A DNA stretch of 52,359 nt, taken from the IMG/VR virus record IMGVR_UViG_3300007734_000723, positions 1 through 52,359 of that record, one strand, 5' to 3'. The notes under the pieces are model-generated. The model was not told the origin of the DNA. It did not search any database and saw only the letters and a list, made by a program, of their open reading frames with translations. The DNA comes from a virus (taxonomy: Duplodnaviria > Caudoviricetes). Each line of letters starts with the position of its first letter. Within the stretch, counting starts at the first letter, position 1. The position numbers and the translations under genes are program-made. Positions 1-9,827 of the stretch are shown piece after piece.

Positions 1-23
1 CAAATAAAGCAAGTTTTGAGCAG

Positions 24-359
24 ATGTTCTCAAAAGACGCGAAGAGGCTCTATAGGGACACAGAGAACGGGCGTGAGTGCTACGTTATCAAGAAGCCGAC
101 TCTAGGACAACAGCTCGCGGAAGCACGTATTCTTGACAATATGTTAGCGCGTGGTCAGACTATGGAGTCTATGTTTCTGTACAACGTTGACAAGGTACAA
201 TTGATACTTGAGATAGAGGATTCAGAGGGCAAGAGAACACCCATAACGGCGGCTCAGATTTATGAGCGTTTCCTTGCAGAAGACCTTTCAGAAATCATAG
301 AGGCAAATTCTGCTAAGGTAACGGAGGGTGAGGAAGGCGCAAACCCTCCGACCCCGTAG
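24..359 (+). CDS. Tail assembly chaperone (gpG-like) of phage A; probably 5'-truncated by the window edge
   Basis: Lies directly upstream of the tape measure gene. The frame is open back to the window start. C-terminus (LSEIIEANS..EEGANPP) resembles that of 40352..40870 (INRLISEANGEDEQGENPP). Confidence 0.75.
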   Translation: MFSKDAKRLYRDTENGRECYVIKKPTLGQQLAEARILDNMLARGQTMESMFLYNVDKVQLILEIEDSEGKRTPITAAQIYERFLAEDLSEIIEANSAKVTEGEEGANPPTP

Positions 360-505
360 ATTGGGCAGTAGTGTGTGATGTGATGTATAGGCGGTATCCC
401 GGACTAGGACGCGAAGGGATACTTGCCATGACGGTAGAAGAGTTTAAGCACTTGTGGCGGGTGATAATGAAAGACCCAATACAAGCAGTCCGTCTTGTGG
501 AGTAG
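341..505 (+). CDS. -1 frameshift extension (gpGT-like) of the phage A tail chaperone; slippery heptamer A_AAC_CCT at 341-347
   Basis: -1 frame reads KPSDPVDWAVVCDVMYRRYPG...DPIQAVRLVE* (stop 503-505) and is homologous to the -1 frame ORF at 40855-41025. Confidence 0.75.
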   Translation, partial: KPSDPVDWAVVCDVMYRRYPGLGREGILAMTVEEFKHLWRVIMKDPIQAVRLVE

Positions 506-511
506 TAGATA

Positions 512-3500
512 ATGAGCGAACTCGGCAGCATACAAGTAGGCATAGAACTCAGACTGCAAGAACTGGCTAACCAGATGGCGCAGGTAGTTTCCATGTTTGA
601 CGCGGCGTTTAAGAAGGTTGATACCGAAACCAAACAGACGGCACGGGAATACGAACGTCAGTGGGCAAAAGCCAACAAAGAGGTAGAGGATTCGGTAAAG
701 AAAAGCGCGGCTGAGTTCGCCAAAGCAGAAGCGTCTAAGGCGGCGGTTGCTAAGAAGACTTCTGCTGAAGTGGAGAAAGAAGCAACAAAGCGTATTGCGA
801 TAGAGGATACCGCCAACAAAGCACACGTTGAGTCCGTGCTGAAAGCGGAGTCGCAAAAGAAGGCGATACGCACCAAAGCGGAATCCGATTACGATGGTAC
901 GATGGCTCGGCATACTGCGGCGTTTAAGGCGGCTATGTTGGAAGAGGTGGAAGCGTCTAAGGCGGCGGCTATGTCGGAAGAGCGAGACCGCGCAACGGCG
1001 GCAAAGGCACGTATGTCTTCTCTACCGGGTGCGGCTGGTACGGTGTCACGTGCAGGGTTTGCGGTAGGTTTGCCTATAGCGGCTGAATTTATCATGGCTA
1101 CTAAGACAGCGGCGGACTTCGACCAAGCGATGCGAAACGTGAACTCTATCGCTCATCTCACAGAACAGCAGCTCGCATCTCTCCGAAACGAAACCTTGAA
1201 ACTCGCACAGGATAAGAGCATCCGGCAGACCCCGAAAGATTTGGCGGAGGGGCTGTATCAAGTGTATTCGGCAGGTAAATCTGGCAAAGAGGGGCTTGAG
1301 ATACTAGAGTGGGGCGCGAAGGGCGCAAGCGCGGGCATGACCGACACGGCAACCTCTACGAAGGTTTTGCTGGCGGTGCTGAACTCTGGAATATCTGGGG
1401 TGAACAACGCCCGTGAAGCGATGAATGTTCTCTTTCAAGAGGTGAACTTAGGTGTAAACTCCTTCCCTGAACTCGCGAACTCGATAGGCAATGTCCTACC
1501 CACTGCGAAGGTCGTAGGCGTTTCTATTCAGGAGGTCGCGGCGGCGATGGCGCAGATGACACGTAACGGTATCAACGCCGACGAGTCTGTTACCTCTCTG
1601 AACCAGATGCTGACGCATATTTGGAAGCCTGGCAAGGAAGCCGAGAAACTGATGACCTCTCTAGGTATCAGTTTTGGGGCGGCGGCACTTGAGGGCAAGG
1701 GGTTGGGCGGCTGGCTCAAAGAGGTAATGGAGAAAACGCACGGGAACCGTGACCAGTTGGCGCACCTGATACCTGAAATACGCGGCGCAAAGGGCGAGTT
1801 CTCTCTGCTCTCGGATGGATTGAAGGGTTACAACGAACTTTTAGGCAGCATGAAAAAGGCGAGTGAGGGCGTAGGGCAGACAACGGAAACACTCACTCGA
1901 CAGAATAAAGGTTCAGTCTCGCAGTTTGAACTCCTAAAAAAAGAGGTAGACCTTACCAAAATCGCGATAGGCGACGGGCTTCTCCCGACAGTGAATCAAG
2001 CGATGAAAGGGTTTCGTGAATGGCTCGAGGAGTGGAATAAGCAACCGAAAGCGGCAAGAGACGCGCAGACAGGAATAGCAACGCTTGCGGCAGAGGTGGG
2101 GTTAAGCATTGGTGTTATATCTAGCCTAGTAGGCTGGCTTGCGAAACTCAAGACGGGACTAGCTACGCTGGGAGGATCAGGCGCGGCAGGATTGGCGGCG
2201 ACGGGAGTCGGAACGGCTGTCGCAGGCATCGGGCTTATGGTGAGCGAGCGAGCGAGTATGATAGACGCGATAGAGTCAGGCAATAAGGCGGCGTGGGAAG
2301 GTGCGCCCAACGCAAAAAGGAACCGTCCAGCACTTGAAGCCGAGCGTAAACGCATCGAGCAGGGGTTGAAAGAGTATGCCGGAATACCCGCCAAACTAGC
2401 AGAGCTGCAGAAGCGCAAATCGGAGGTCGGGGCAGCTCTGTCGGCTCTTGACATTGAAGGCGCGGCGGCAGACGATGCACGAAAAGGACACCTCACGGAT
2501 ACGAAACCTAAACCCCCTTGGGGCGCAGGTGGCTACGAAAGAAACGCAGGGAAAGCGGGGGCAAAGGCGGCGAAAGACGCGGCGCGGGAACGTGCGAGAG
2601 AGATAAAAGACGCTATCAAGGATACGGAAGACGAAACGCGACTGACTCGTGACGATATAGCGGCACGGAAGGAGCTACTGTTGGCGGGGCGTGAGTTGGC
2701 AGTATTTAAGGCACAACAGGGCTTCGACGCAACGATGGCGAACGCTAAGACCCCTGCACGGCGTGGGGCGGCAGCTCTCCTGTATCAAGTCCAGGTTTGG
2801 AAAGCGCAAGAGTCAGAAGCACTTGAGGCTATGCGTAAGAGTGTCGCGATTTACAAAGAGCAGACAAAAGTCCCTGAAGGCGTGAAAGACGACTCAAAGG
2901 AAAAGGGTTGGGCGGCACTCTCTGGCGGCATGGCGAACGCCTACGCGGTTCAGCAGTACGGGGCATCTGTAGCGGAAGCGATTGCGAAAGAGGTAGAGGA
3001 GCAGAAACGCGCCCAAGATGAGATTATGGAGTATCGGCGGCGCATGGGTGAGATGACGAACGCGCAGTATATCAAGTTTTTGGAGCAGAGAGTGCTGGCA
3101 GAGCGGACGTTTGGGTTTGGCGGCAAAGAGACCAGCGAGCAGAACCCTGCTTTCAGGGATAAGAACCTCGAACTGCGCCAACACTACACGGACGCGATGG
3201 AGAGCATCTTTGGAAGCAAGGGCAGAAAAGGCGGCAAAGAGGGGGCAAAAGAGATTGCAGAGGGGATTTCGCAGGGTGATAAGTATATGAAACGCGCTAT
3301 GGAAGACCTGAGCGGCGGGGCGTTGGGTTCGTTGCAGAAGGCACTTCACAAAGGCATGAAGGGCGGATTTGGGGATATTCTTGCACACACGCTCACCGAC
3401 CTGCTCTCTAACGTGCTTGAGAACGCTATTACCTCCGCTTTTAAGAAGAAAAAGAAGAAGGGCGGTGGGGCAGGAGACGTATTCGGCGGCGGCGGGTTGT

Positions 3501-3811
3501 TGGGTGACTTCCTATCGCCAATCTCTAGCCTGTTCGGCGGCGGGTTCGATAATGCCTCTAACGACAGGATGGCGCAAGGGTGGGGCTTCGACTTCGCGAA
3601 GCATTTTAGCAGGGGCACTGCTCAGTTTGACAACCAGATGAGGGCGGTAGTACCCGCAGGGGGTGGCGTCGGTGTCGGCTCGCGAAGTGTGAGCATCAAC
3701 CTGCACGGCGACAACCATTTCCATACTGCGATAGATGTTCAGGAGTTCGGGCGCTCGTTGGCGTGGCAGGTGCAGAGCGAACTCAACCGAACCGTAGGAG
3801 GGGGTTACTAA
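512..3811 (+). CDS. Tail tape measure protein (TP901-like core), copy with phage A N-terminus, 1099 aa
   Basis: Long Ala/Lys/Glu-rich helical protein with a typical TMP core (AADFDQAMRNVNSIA...). Sits between the chaperone and Dit genes. Confidence 0.93.
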   Translation: MSELGSIQVGIELRLQELANQMAQVVSMFDAAFKKVDTETKQTAREYERQWAKANKEVEDSVKKSAAEFAKAEASKAAVAKKTSAEVEKEATKRIAIEDTANKAHVESVLKAESQKKAIRTKAESDYDGTMARHTAAFKAAMLEEVEASKAAAMSEERDRATAAKARMSSLPGAAGTVSRAGFAVGLPIAAEFIMATKTAADFDQAMRNVNSIAHLTEQQLASLRNETLKLAQDKSIRQTPKDLAEGLYQVYSAGKSGKEGLEILEWGAKGASAGMTDTATSTKVLLAVLNSGISGVNNAREAMNVLFQEVNLGVNSFPELANSIGNVLPTAKVVGVSIQEVAAAMAQMTRNGINADESVTSLNQMLTHIWKPGKEAEKLMTSLGISFGAAALEGKGLGGWLKEVMEKTHGNRDQLAHLIPEIRGAKGEFSLLSDGLKGYNELLGSMKKASEGVGQTTETLTRQNKGSVSQFELLKKEVDLTKIAIGDGLLPTVNQAMKGFREWLEEWNKQPKAARDAQTGIATLAAEVGLSIGVISSLVGWLAKLKTGLATLGGSGAAGLAATGVGTAVAGIGLMVSERASMIDAIESGNKAAWEGAPNAKRNRPALEAERKRIEQGLKEYAGIPAKLAELQKRKSEVGAALSALDIEGAAADDARKGHLTDTKPKPPWGAGGYERNAGKAGAKAAKDAARERAREIKDAIKDTEDETRLTRDDIAARKELLLAGRELAVFKAQQGFDATMANAKTPARRGAAALLYQVQVWKAQESEALEAMRKSVAIYKEQTKVPEGVKDDSKEKGWAALSGGMANAYAVQQYGASVAEAIAKEVEEQKRAQDEIMEYRRRMGEMTNAQYIKFLEQRVLAERTFGFGGKETSEQNPAFRDKNLELRQHYTDAMESIFGSKGRKGGKEGAKEIAEGISQGDKYMKRAMEDLSGGALGSLQKALHKGMKGGFGDILAHTLTDLLSNVLENAITSAFKKKKKKGGGAGDVFGGGGLLGDFLSPISSLFGGGFDNASNDRMAQGWGFDFAKHFSRGTAQFDNQMRAVVPAGGGVGVGSRSVSINLHGDNHFHTAIDVQEFGRSLAWQVQSELNRTVGGGY

Positions 3812-4569
3812 TGGCTTACGCACTCAAGTTCGGCTCGTACACATTCCCAACCACCTTCGCGCCCGTGAGCGACCCTGTTGACGTGAGTGTGCCGCTCTCG
3901 AAGATACCCCGCTCTGATGGTGACGTAGCCTCTACAGGTTATCGTAAGGGCAAGGTAGTGCAGATAGACGGCGGGTTGACGAACGGGGTAGGGAGCTACT
4001 CAGAGACAGGGGTAAGGACGCTTATAGACGCGTTTCGGGCTGGCATTGCGGGGAAGCAGAACCTCTACTTTTTCGACGATAGGTACTATCGAAATGCTCA
4101 AATGACCCATGCCGAGTTTGCCAACGAGGTAGGGACATTCCTCAAGATACAGAAAGTGCGGCTTACGTTCGTTGCGGGCGACTCGTATCAGTACGCGGTC
4201 ACGCCTACCGTCACGGCGCGAAGCATTAGCGCGAGTGGGCAGACGCTCTCTGTGACTGCAGGAGGGACGGCAGACGCGATCCCTGTGATTAGCTTGACGG
4301 TGGGGGGAAGCGGGGCGAAGACGCTGGCGGCGACGATAACCAACTCCACGACAGGGAAGGCGTTCACGCTGGCGGGGGCTTGTACAGGCGGGGACGTGAT
4401 TATCGTGGACTGCCTGAACAAAACTGTGACGATAAGCGGGGTGGACAAAACGGCACTGTTTGACGGTCTCTTCTGGAGCCTCGCGAACGGAGCCAACACC
4501 GTGACGGTTGCTTACACCACGGCGACGATAACCAATCTGAGTGTTTCGGCACAGGATAGGTGGTACTGA
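3811..4569 (+). CDS. Distal tail protein (Dit-like)
   Basis: Follows the TMP. ATG at 3811 overlaps the TMP stop. C-terminal Siphovirus Dit pattern (GDVIIVDC..KTVTISG..FWSLANGANTVTV..DRWY). Confidence 0.8.
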   Translation: MAYALKFGSYTFPTTFAPVSDPVDVSVPLSKIPRSDGDVASTGYRKGKVVQIDGGLTNGVGSYSETGVRTLIDAFRAGIAGKQNLYFFDDRYYRNAQMTHAEFANEVGTFLKIQKVRLTFVAGDSYQYAVTPTVTARSISASGQTLSVTAGGTADAIPVISLTVGGSGAKTLAATITNSTTGKAFTLAGACTGGDVIIVDCLNKTVTISGVDKTALFDGLFWSLANGANTVTVAYTTATITNLSVSAQDRWY

Positions 4570-6887
4570 TGGATTACGACGTAAGGATGTACACCAGCGC
4601 GGGGGTTCGGAAGGCGTTTAATCCTGACTGGATAACCTCTGTTGACTTCGAGTTGGCAGAGCAGGGAGGCTTTCAGAACGGCAGTATCACAGTGCAGTGC
4701 GCTTGGGATGACCTCTCGCTCGATGGCACGGAGTACGTTGACATACGGTGCTTTGACGCTACGACAGTCACGTACAGGGGCTACGTTATGCGCCCAGAGC
4801 AGACGCTGGCTGACCCTGAGACGTGGACGCTCTCGCTGTTTGGGATGATGGAGAGGGCGAACGGCTACCTTGTGCGGAAGTGCTACTGCTATGCGGATTA
4901 TACCGACGTTGGCACGATTTTTCAAGCGATAGTGACCGACTGGGTTGCGCCCAACATTGCGGGGCTGGTGGTGGACGTGACGGGCATCTCTGCACTCAAT
5001 ATTAAGTTGCTTGAGTTTTGTGCGACAGGCAAGACGGCTTCGCAGGCGTTTAATCAGCTGGTAGAGTCCGCACCGCTTACTATGATTTGGGGCTTTGACG
5101 TGACTAGCGGTGGTGTGAACCAGATATATCTACGCCCTCGCTCTGCTACGGTGCAGGATACCTATATTGTGGGTAAGGACGTGACGGCACTGACCTACCC
5201 TCGCGACGTGACTCAGGTGGTGAACAAGGGGTACTTTACAGGGGGGACGGCAGACCTGCCCAACCTCGCGCCAAACGCCTCTTTTGAGAACTGCGTGAGC
5301 GTGACCAGTGCGGACGCGAATCTCCTCTTGAACGGTAGCTTCGAGACGCAAACCCCTTCGAGCAGTCGGCAGAACGCGGCGTACTGGAACCGGGACAACT
5401 CCGCGGTGCGGCGGCAGTTTCCAGACGATAACCCGGGGGCGAACCTCTCTCGAACAGGCAACTGCTATATTGAGATGACGAACGCGACCGCGATATTCTA
5501 CCAGACGGTACAGGTGGGGTACGCACAGCCTATAAACGTCTCGATATGGGCGCGACAGAACACCAACGGCGACACGGAGAATTTTCGGTTCAGGGTGCAA
5601 GAACTGGACTCGGTGGGCACAGTGCTGGCGACTCAGGTCTCTGGGAACCTCACTCCTGCGACTTCGACGTATGAGCAGTTCAGCTACACCTTCACGTTGA
5701 CACAGCCTACCTGCACACAGGCAGTATTCGTGTTTGAGATGATGAGTGCAGGCGGCACAGCGCACGGGATTATCTACGATGACGCGGTAGTGACGCTCTC
5801 CACGCCGCAGGCGGCTGACTGGACGATCGGCACGAACAGCGACAAGACATTCGCGACTCTCGACTGGGCATCCACGGGGTGGGCGAAAGACGGCTTGCAG
5901 AGTGTAGAGGTGATACCTAGTGCGGCAGGTGCGGGGTATGTAGAGCTGGTGACGCGAGCGGAATCGAATGTGAGTGTTGCGCCGGGCAAGACGCACTACT
6001 TCTCGTTGTGGGCGTATGGGGTCGCGGGCACGATTGTACTAGGTTGGCGTGAGTATGCGGACGGGGTGCTGACCTCAACGCAGGGCATGAGCGTGGCAGA
6101 GGTTGTTGTAGGGGTGACAGGCAGCCGCCACACCTTCAGCTCCACGACGGGAACCACTACCAACACGATACAGCCGTTCATTCGGATTTATGACAGCAGT
6201 AGCAACCCTGTGTATGTGGATGCGGTGATGATAACGGTAGGGGCGGCTCCCCCTCTGGGCGACTTCTACAAGGGCAGTAACTACGAGGCAGTACGTTCGG
6301 TGACGGACTACACAGTAGGGCAGATAGGGACGGCACAGTCGGCATCTATAGCGAGCTACGGGCTGAGGGAGAAGGCAGAGTCGGTAGACCTCATTACCAA
6401 CAGCACATTACTGGATACGTTCGTGGTTCCCTATCTGGCAGCGTTCGCGGTTCCTGCGGTGCAGGGGAAACTAGAGATAAAGGGCGCGGTGAAGAATGTG
6501 GGGCTGACCGGAACCCTGCGCGTGGTGAATTTGCCTTCCGCCCCGCCTGCACTGTTTCCGTCGCGTGTTCGCTATCGGATAGGGGATTCGTTCGATATTT
6601 CAGTAGACCTGAATAACCAACGTCCCGACATGGCGCAGCTCTTGCGGAAGGTCGCGAATCAGGCAGTAAAGAACGCGGTGGCTTCGGGGCAGGTCAGCGC
6701 AGGGGGCACAGGGGGCGGTGGCGGTGGAGGTTCGTACCCTTCCAGTGCGGGGGTGACGAGTTTTCAGTCGGACTCGAATACGGCGTTGACGGGGGCGGTA
6801 GTGCTTGTGAGCGGCATTGGTACGGCATTAGCAGAGTCTGGTCAGAACATCACAGTCAATAATCTATGGAGTAGAAAGTTTTTATAA
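4569..6887 (+). CDS. Tail hub/Tal-like protein with inserted carbohydrate-binding-like domains
   Basis: Follows Dit. Two NLxxNxSFE motifs typical of CBM_4_9-like modules; SIASYGLREK hub motif. Confidence 0.75.
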   Translation: MDYDVRMYTSAGVRKAFNPDWITSVDFELAEQGGFQNGSITVQCAWDDLSLDGTEYVDIRCFDATTVTYRGYVMRPEQTLADPETWTLSLFGMMERANGYLVRKCYCYADYTDVGTIFQAIVTDWVAPNIAGLVVDVTGISALNIKLLEFCATGKTASQAFNQLVESAPLTMIWGFDVTSGGVNQIYLRPRSATVQDTYIVGKDVTALTYPRDVTQVVNKGYFTGGTADLPNLAPNASFENCVSVTSADANLLLNGSFETQTPSSSRQNAAYWNRDNSAVRRQFPDDNPGANLSRTGNCYIEMTNATAIFYQTVQVGYAQPINVSIWARQNTNGDTENFRFRVQELDSVGTVLATQVSGNLTPATSTYEQFSYTFTLTQPTCTQAVFVFEMMSAGGTAHGIIYDDAVVTLSTPQAADWTIGTNSDKTFATLDWASTGWAKDGLQSVEVIPSAAGAGYVELVTRAESNVSVAPGKTHYFSLWAYGVAGTIVLGWREYADGVLTSTQGMSVAEVVVGVTGSRHTFSSTTGTTTNTIQPFIRIYDSSSNPVYVDAVMITVGAAPPLGDFYKGSNYEAVRSVTDYTVGQIGTAQSASIASYGLREKAESVDLITNSTLLDTFVVPYLAAFAVPAVQGKLEIKGAVKNVGLTGTLRVVNLPSAPPALFPSRVRYRIGDSFDISVDLNNQRPDMAQLLRKVANQAVKNAVASGQVSAGGTGGGGGGGSYPSSAGVTSFQSDSNTALTGAVVLVSGIGTALAESGQNITVNNLWSRKFL

Positions 6888-7229
6888 ATGGCTACAGAGA
6901 CACCTGGAGAACTAGGAACATCCTACCCTGCCGCGTCAACATGGACGGAGGTATACACAGTCCCCGACGTGGCGGGTAACTACGCCGTCACATCGCTTTT
7001 GACTGTCTGCAATGAGGGGTGTAGCACTGATTATTTCAGCATAGCGACGGTGACGCATAGTGCTGGGAATCCAACGACGCAACAGTATAAAGCGTATCTT
7101 ATACCTGTAGACCCGAACTGCACATATCTGTTAAAAATAGCGTTGACGCTAGGGCAGAACAAGGCAATAAGCGTCTACTCGCAAAATGGGACACTCGCGT
7201 TTTCAGCACAGGGGGTGCAGAATGTCTGA
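6888..7229 (+). CDS. Small tail/baseplate protein
   Basis: Beta-rich 113-aa ORF tightly packed in the tail operon. Confidence 0.6.
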   Translation: MATETPGELGTSYPAASTWTEVYTVPDVAGNYAVTSLLTVCNEGCSTDYFSIATVTHSAGNPTTQQYKAYLIPVDPNCTYLLKIALTLGQNKAISVYSQNGTLAFSAQGVQNV

Positions 7230-8175
7230 TTTTCTGATTGGTAACTCTCTCAACGCTCTTGCTCCTCCTGCTACGGAGGCATCGGACTGGTACAATCGAA
7301 ACACTATAGCCCGCGTCATGTCCTCTATGAAACTAGGCTTCCCATATGGGCGCAGCGTCTATACCGTCAACAGTACTAACAACGCTTTCAACTATCAGGG
7401 TAGTACCACTGCAACGGCACAAAATACGGATTTCGCTATGAGATGGCAACTAGACTGCGGGTATCCCGGTACGCCTCAGTGGTTTGGCTTCCCATTCGAG
7501 GGCGATTCTATAGGGCTGGTATACGATATTGATACAGGCTCGAAAACCAGTACCACTGCCGCGTATTATCAACCATTCGGGGCGCGTATAGACGGACGAT
7601 CTTATCGTATTACTCCCTCATTTGCCTCGATTGAAGGTAACGGAAACATTACGCCGGCATCATATATCTATCGCTCTGGTAATAACCGTACACAAGCACG
7701 GTGGGTAATTCACGGGCTAGGGAGCGGTATGCACTATGCGCGGTTCACTGTGAGCGGCGACCCTGCGTGGGTAGGCGATGAGGCGACAGGTGCTGGCTCT
7801 AATCAACGTGTGGGCATTTACGGGGTACTCCTTCCCTCCGACTCTTGGGATAGTATGGCAAAAGAGAGTTCGACTTTCACTGTACGGTATAGTAGTGTCT
7901 CAACGTCAATGACAACACTCTCCTCTTTCTCCAATGGAACCACACCGCTGCGTATATCGCGACTGCGGGCATACAACAAACACGCGACAACTGCGACATC
8001 TATAGTGGCACAACTGGACGGTAGCAACACTGAGATGGGGGTTGTGGCACTCGCGGCAGGTGCGTCTATAGATTTACTTGCCGCAGGTGCGCCGCGTTCG
8101 TTCACGTCAATTAGGGCGCAGGCGGGCGCGGCTTCCTCTATCGACCTATATGCAGATTACATAGCGGGGATATAG
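7222..8175 (+). CDS. Putative tail fibre/receptor-binding component
   Basis: Ser/Thr/Gly/aromatic-rich. Start at 7222 overlaps the upstream gene. Confidence 0.55.
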   Translation: MSDFLIGNSLNALAPPATEASDWYNRNTIARVMSSMKLGFPYGRSVYTVNSTNNAFNYQGSTTATAQNTDFAMRWQLDCGYPGTPQWFGFPFEGDSIGLVYDIDTGSKTSTTAAYYQPFGARIDGRSYRITPSFASIEGNGNITPASYIYRSGNNRTQARWVIHGLGSGMHYARFTVSGDPAWVGDEATGAGSNQRVGIYGVLLPSDSWDSMAKESSTFTVRYSSVSTSMTTLSSFSNGTTPLRISRLRAYNKHATTATSIVAQLDGSNTEMGVVALAAGASIDLLAAGAPRSFTSIRAQAGAASSIDLYADYIAGI

Positions 8176-8179
8176 CCAA

Positions 8180-9322
8180 ATGTCAGTAAGTTTAGCGATA
8201 CGTGGTATTGATGATATTGCAGTGACGGGGGATTCGTCAGGTGAGGCGAAATTCATACCGGAAGGGTATGGATTTGTGAACCTCATAGCAGAGTACCTCC
8301 GCGCCCCTGTAGCGCAAGGGGGGTACAACCTCTCTGTAGACGCAGTAAACTACTGCCTCAGCGGTGACTGTAGCGAAGCATCTAATAGCGGCGCTTCGCT
8401 AGCCTTCCCTCAAGCGACTGGCTCTACGCCGGGTACTCTCAATAGGTGTTTACGCATGACGGGAGAGATATTCGGCAATCAGGTGGCGCGAGTCCCTAAG
8501 ATTTGCGGGTTTTCGATAGGCACTAACGACACGGCGAACTACCTCCCCAACTCTGCTTCTCTCGTCTCTACCAAAACTACTGAGAATATAAAGACAAGCA
8601 TAAGGGCAATAAGAAACGGGTGTTACAGCGGATATTACACGGGATTATGGGTTAATGGCATCGTTGACAACCCTAGCCTGTTACCTGCCAATATGCCTGT
8701 AGGCGCGAAGTTTCTAGTTAGGAATGATAACAATGCCACGTATGGCGACGGCATATCGCATAACATCTTAGGCGCGTCTATATCCACAAGCGCGGGCGAC
8801 GGTAACAGGTGCGTCCTTGCCAGTGGCGCACAGACTAACGAGGTTTGGGTTTGCGTAAATGGGTATAGCGGTATCTTAGGATGGTGCAGGACGTATAGCG
8901 AGGAGAGGCTGGTCGCCGCAAGCGTAGCGTTCACTCCAAAAGTGAAATACTTTTTCGTGGTGGGCATCTATATCTACCAATCGGAGTCAGGTGGACCCAA
9001 CGCTGGACTACAGGCGGTTAGAGCGAGGCAACAAGCGGCGGTGACTGACCTCATAGCACTGGGTGCGCCGTATACGACTGGTGGAAATAATATCATATAC
9101 GTTGACACCTATACACCTGCCGCATTGATGGTAACGGACGGAGTGCCTATAACTGCTTTTTCCTACTTTCCAGGTGCTAGTGGTGGGGCAGACAATCATC
9201 AGGGGATTCTTGGGAACGCAGTAATCGCAAAAAACGTGGTTGCGGGCATGGAGTCTGCTGGCTGGATTACTCGTACAGCAACGAGTAGCCGATCACTGAT
9301 GTTTCAACAACTTACAGGATAG
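8180..9322 (+). CDS. SGNH/GDSL hydrolase-like tail-associated protein
   Basis: Blocks VTGDSS (I), IGTND (III) and DNH (V) in the SGNH order. Confidence 0.7.
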   Translation: MSVSLAIRGIDDIAVTGDSSGEAKFIPEGYGFVNLIAEYLRAPVAQGGYNLSVDAVNYCLSGDCSEASNSGASLAFPQATGSTPGTLNRCLRMTGEIFGNQVARVPKICGFSIGTNDTANYLPNSASLVSTKTTENIKTSIRAIRNGCYSGYYTGLWVNGIVDNPSLLPANMPVGAKFLVRNDNNATYGDGISHNILGASISTSAGDGNRCVLASGAQTNEVWVCVNGYSGILGWCRTYSEERLVAASVAFTPKVKYFFVVGIYIYQSESGGPNAGLQAVRARQQAAVTDLIALGAPYTTGGNNIIYVDTYTPAALMVTDGVPITAFSYFPGASGGADNHQGILGNAVIAKNVVAGMESAGWITRTATSSRSLMFQQLTG

Positions 9323-9330
9323 GAGATATA

Positions 9331-9648
9331 ATGGCACTTTCTACGGTAGAGGCAACTTTCAAAACATCTGATTTGTTGAGATTGATACAGGCGCGAATAG
9401 AGCGGGCTGAAAATACTATGTCGAAAATTGAGGCTAAGATGGCTCCTTTGCGCGGCACTACGGCGATGCACGAAGAATCGTTCACTCTGCTCAGGGATGC
9501 TTACGATAAGGCGCGAGGGGTGGCAGAACATAAATTTTGGATACCAATACTAGCGAACTGCAAAGATGAAACAGTAACGGTACTACATTCTGAATTGCAG
9601 TGGTTACGGATTGACTCTCTGGACGTACAGACCACGTTGAAGAAGTAA
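9331..9648 (+). CDS. Hypothetical protein (coiled-coil)
   Basis: AGGAG RBS; conserved in both repeat copies (one S/T change). Confidence 0.7.
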   Translation: MALSTVEATFKTSDLLRLIQARIERAENTMSKIEAKMAPLRGTTAMHEESFTLLRDAYDKARGVAEHKFWIPILANCKDETVTVLHSELQWLRIDSLDVQTTLKK

Positions 9649-9827
9649 GACGCTGGCGAACGTTGGCGACTGGATTCTACTATTCGGGAGTCCCTACTAG
9701 ATAAGGAGAAGATATGAACGAGAATCAAGAGGTAGAGCGTGCGGCTCTGGGTCATGCCTACCGCGTAGACATATCGGCAAAACGTGTCTATTTTGGCGCG
9801 TTTTATGGACATATTGGAGGTGAAAGC

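Larger units (their letters stand above)
1051..9752 (+). repeat. Copy 1 of the ~8.7-kb direct repeat (shared tail module)
   Basis: Matches 41333-50034 at a constant offset of 40,282. Diverged at the 5' end and essentially identical from ~2230 onward. Confidence 0.97.

Noticed and set aside
3441-3470. Poly-Lys/Gly tract in the TMP as a frameshift or phase-variation site
   Set aside because: Mixed AAG/AAA codons, identical in both copies, and the reading frame continues normally.
5130-5996. Long antisense or alternate-frame ORFs (e.g. 5130-5996, 13099-13911, 30150-30827, 34826-35632)
   Set aside because: They shadow well-supported genes in GC-rich DNA and lack RBSs and recognisable motifs.
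7222-9322. Diversity-generating retroelement or invertible tail-fibre switch
   Set aside because: No reverse transcriptase, no adenine-specific TR/VR differences (the copies are identical here) and no inverted cassette.
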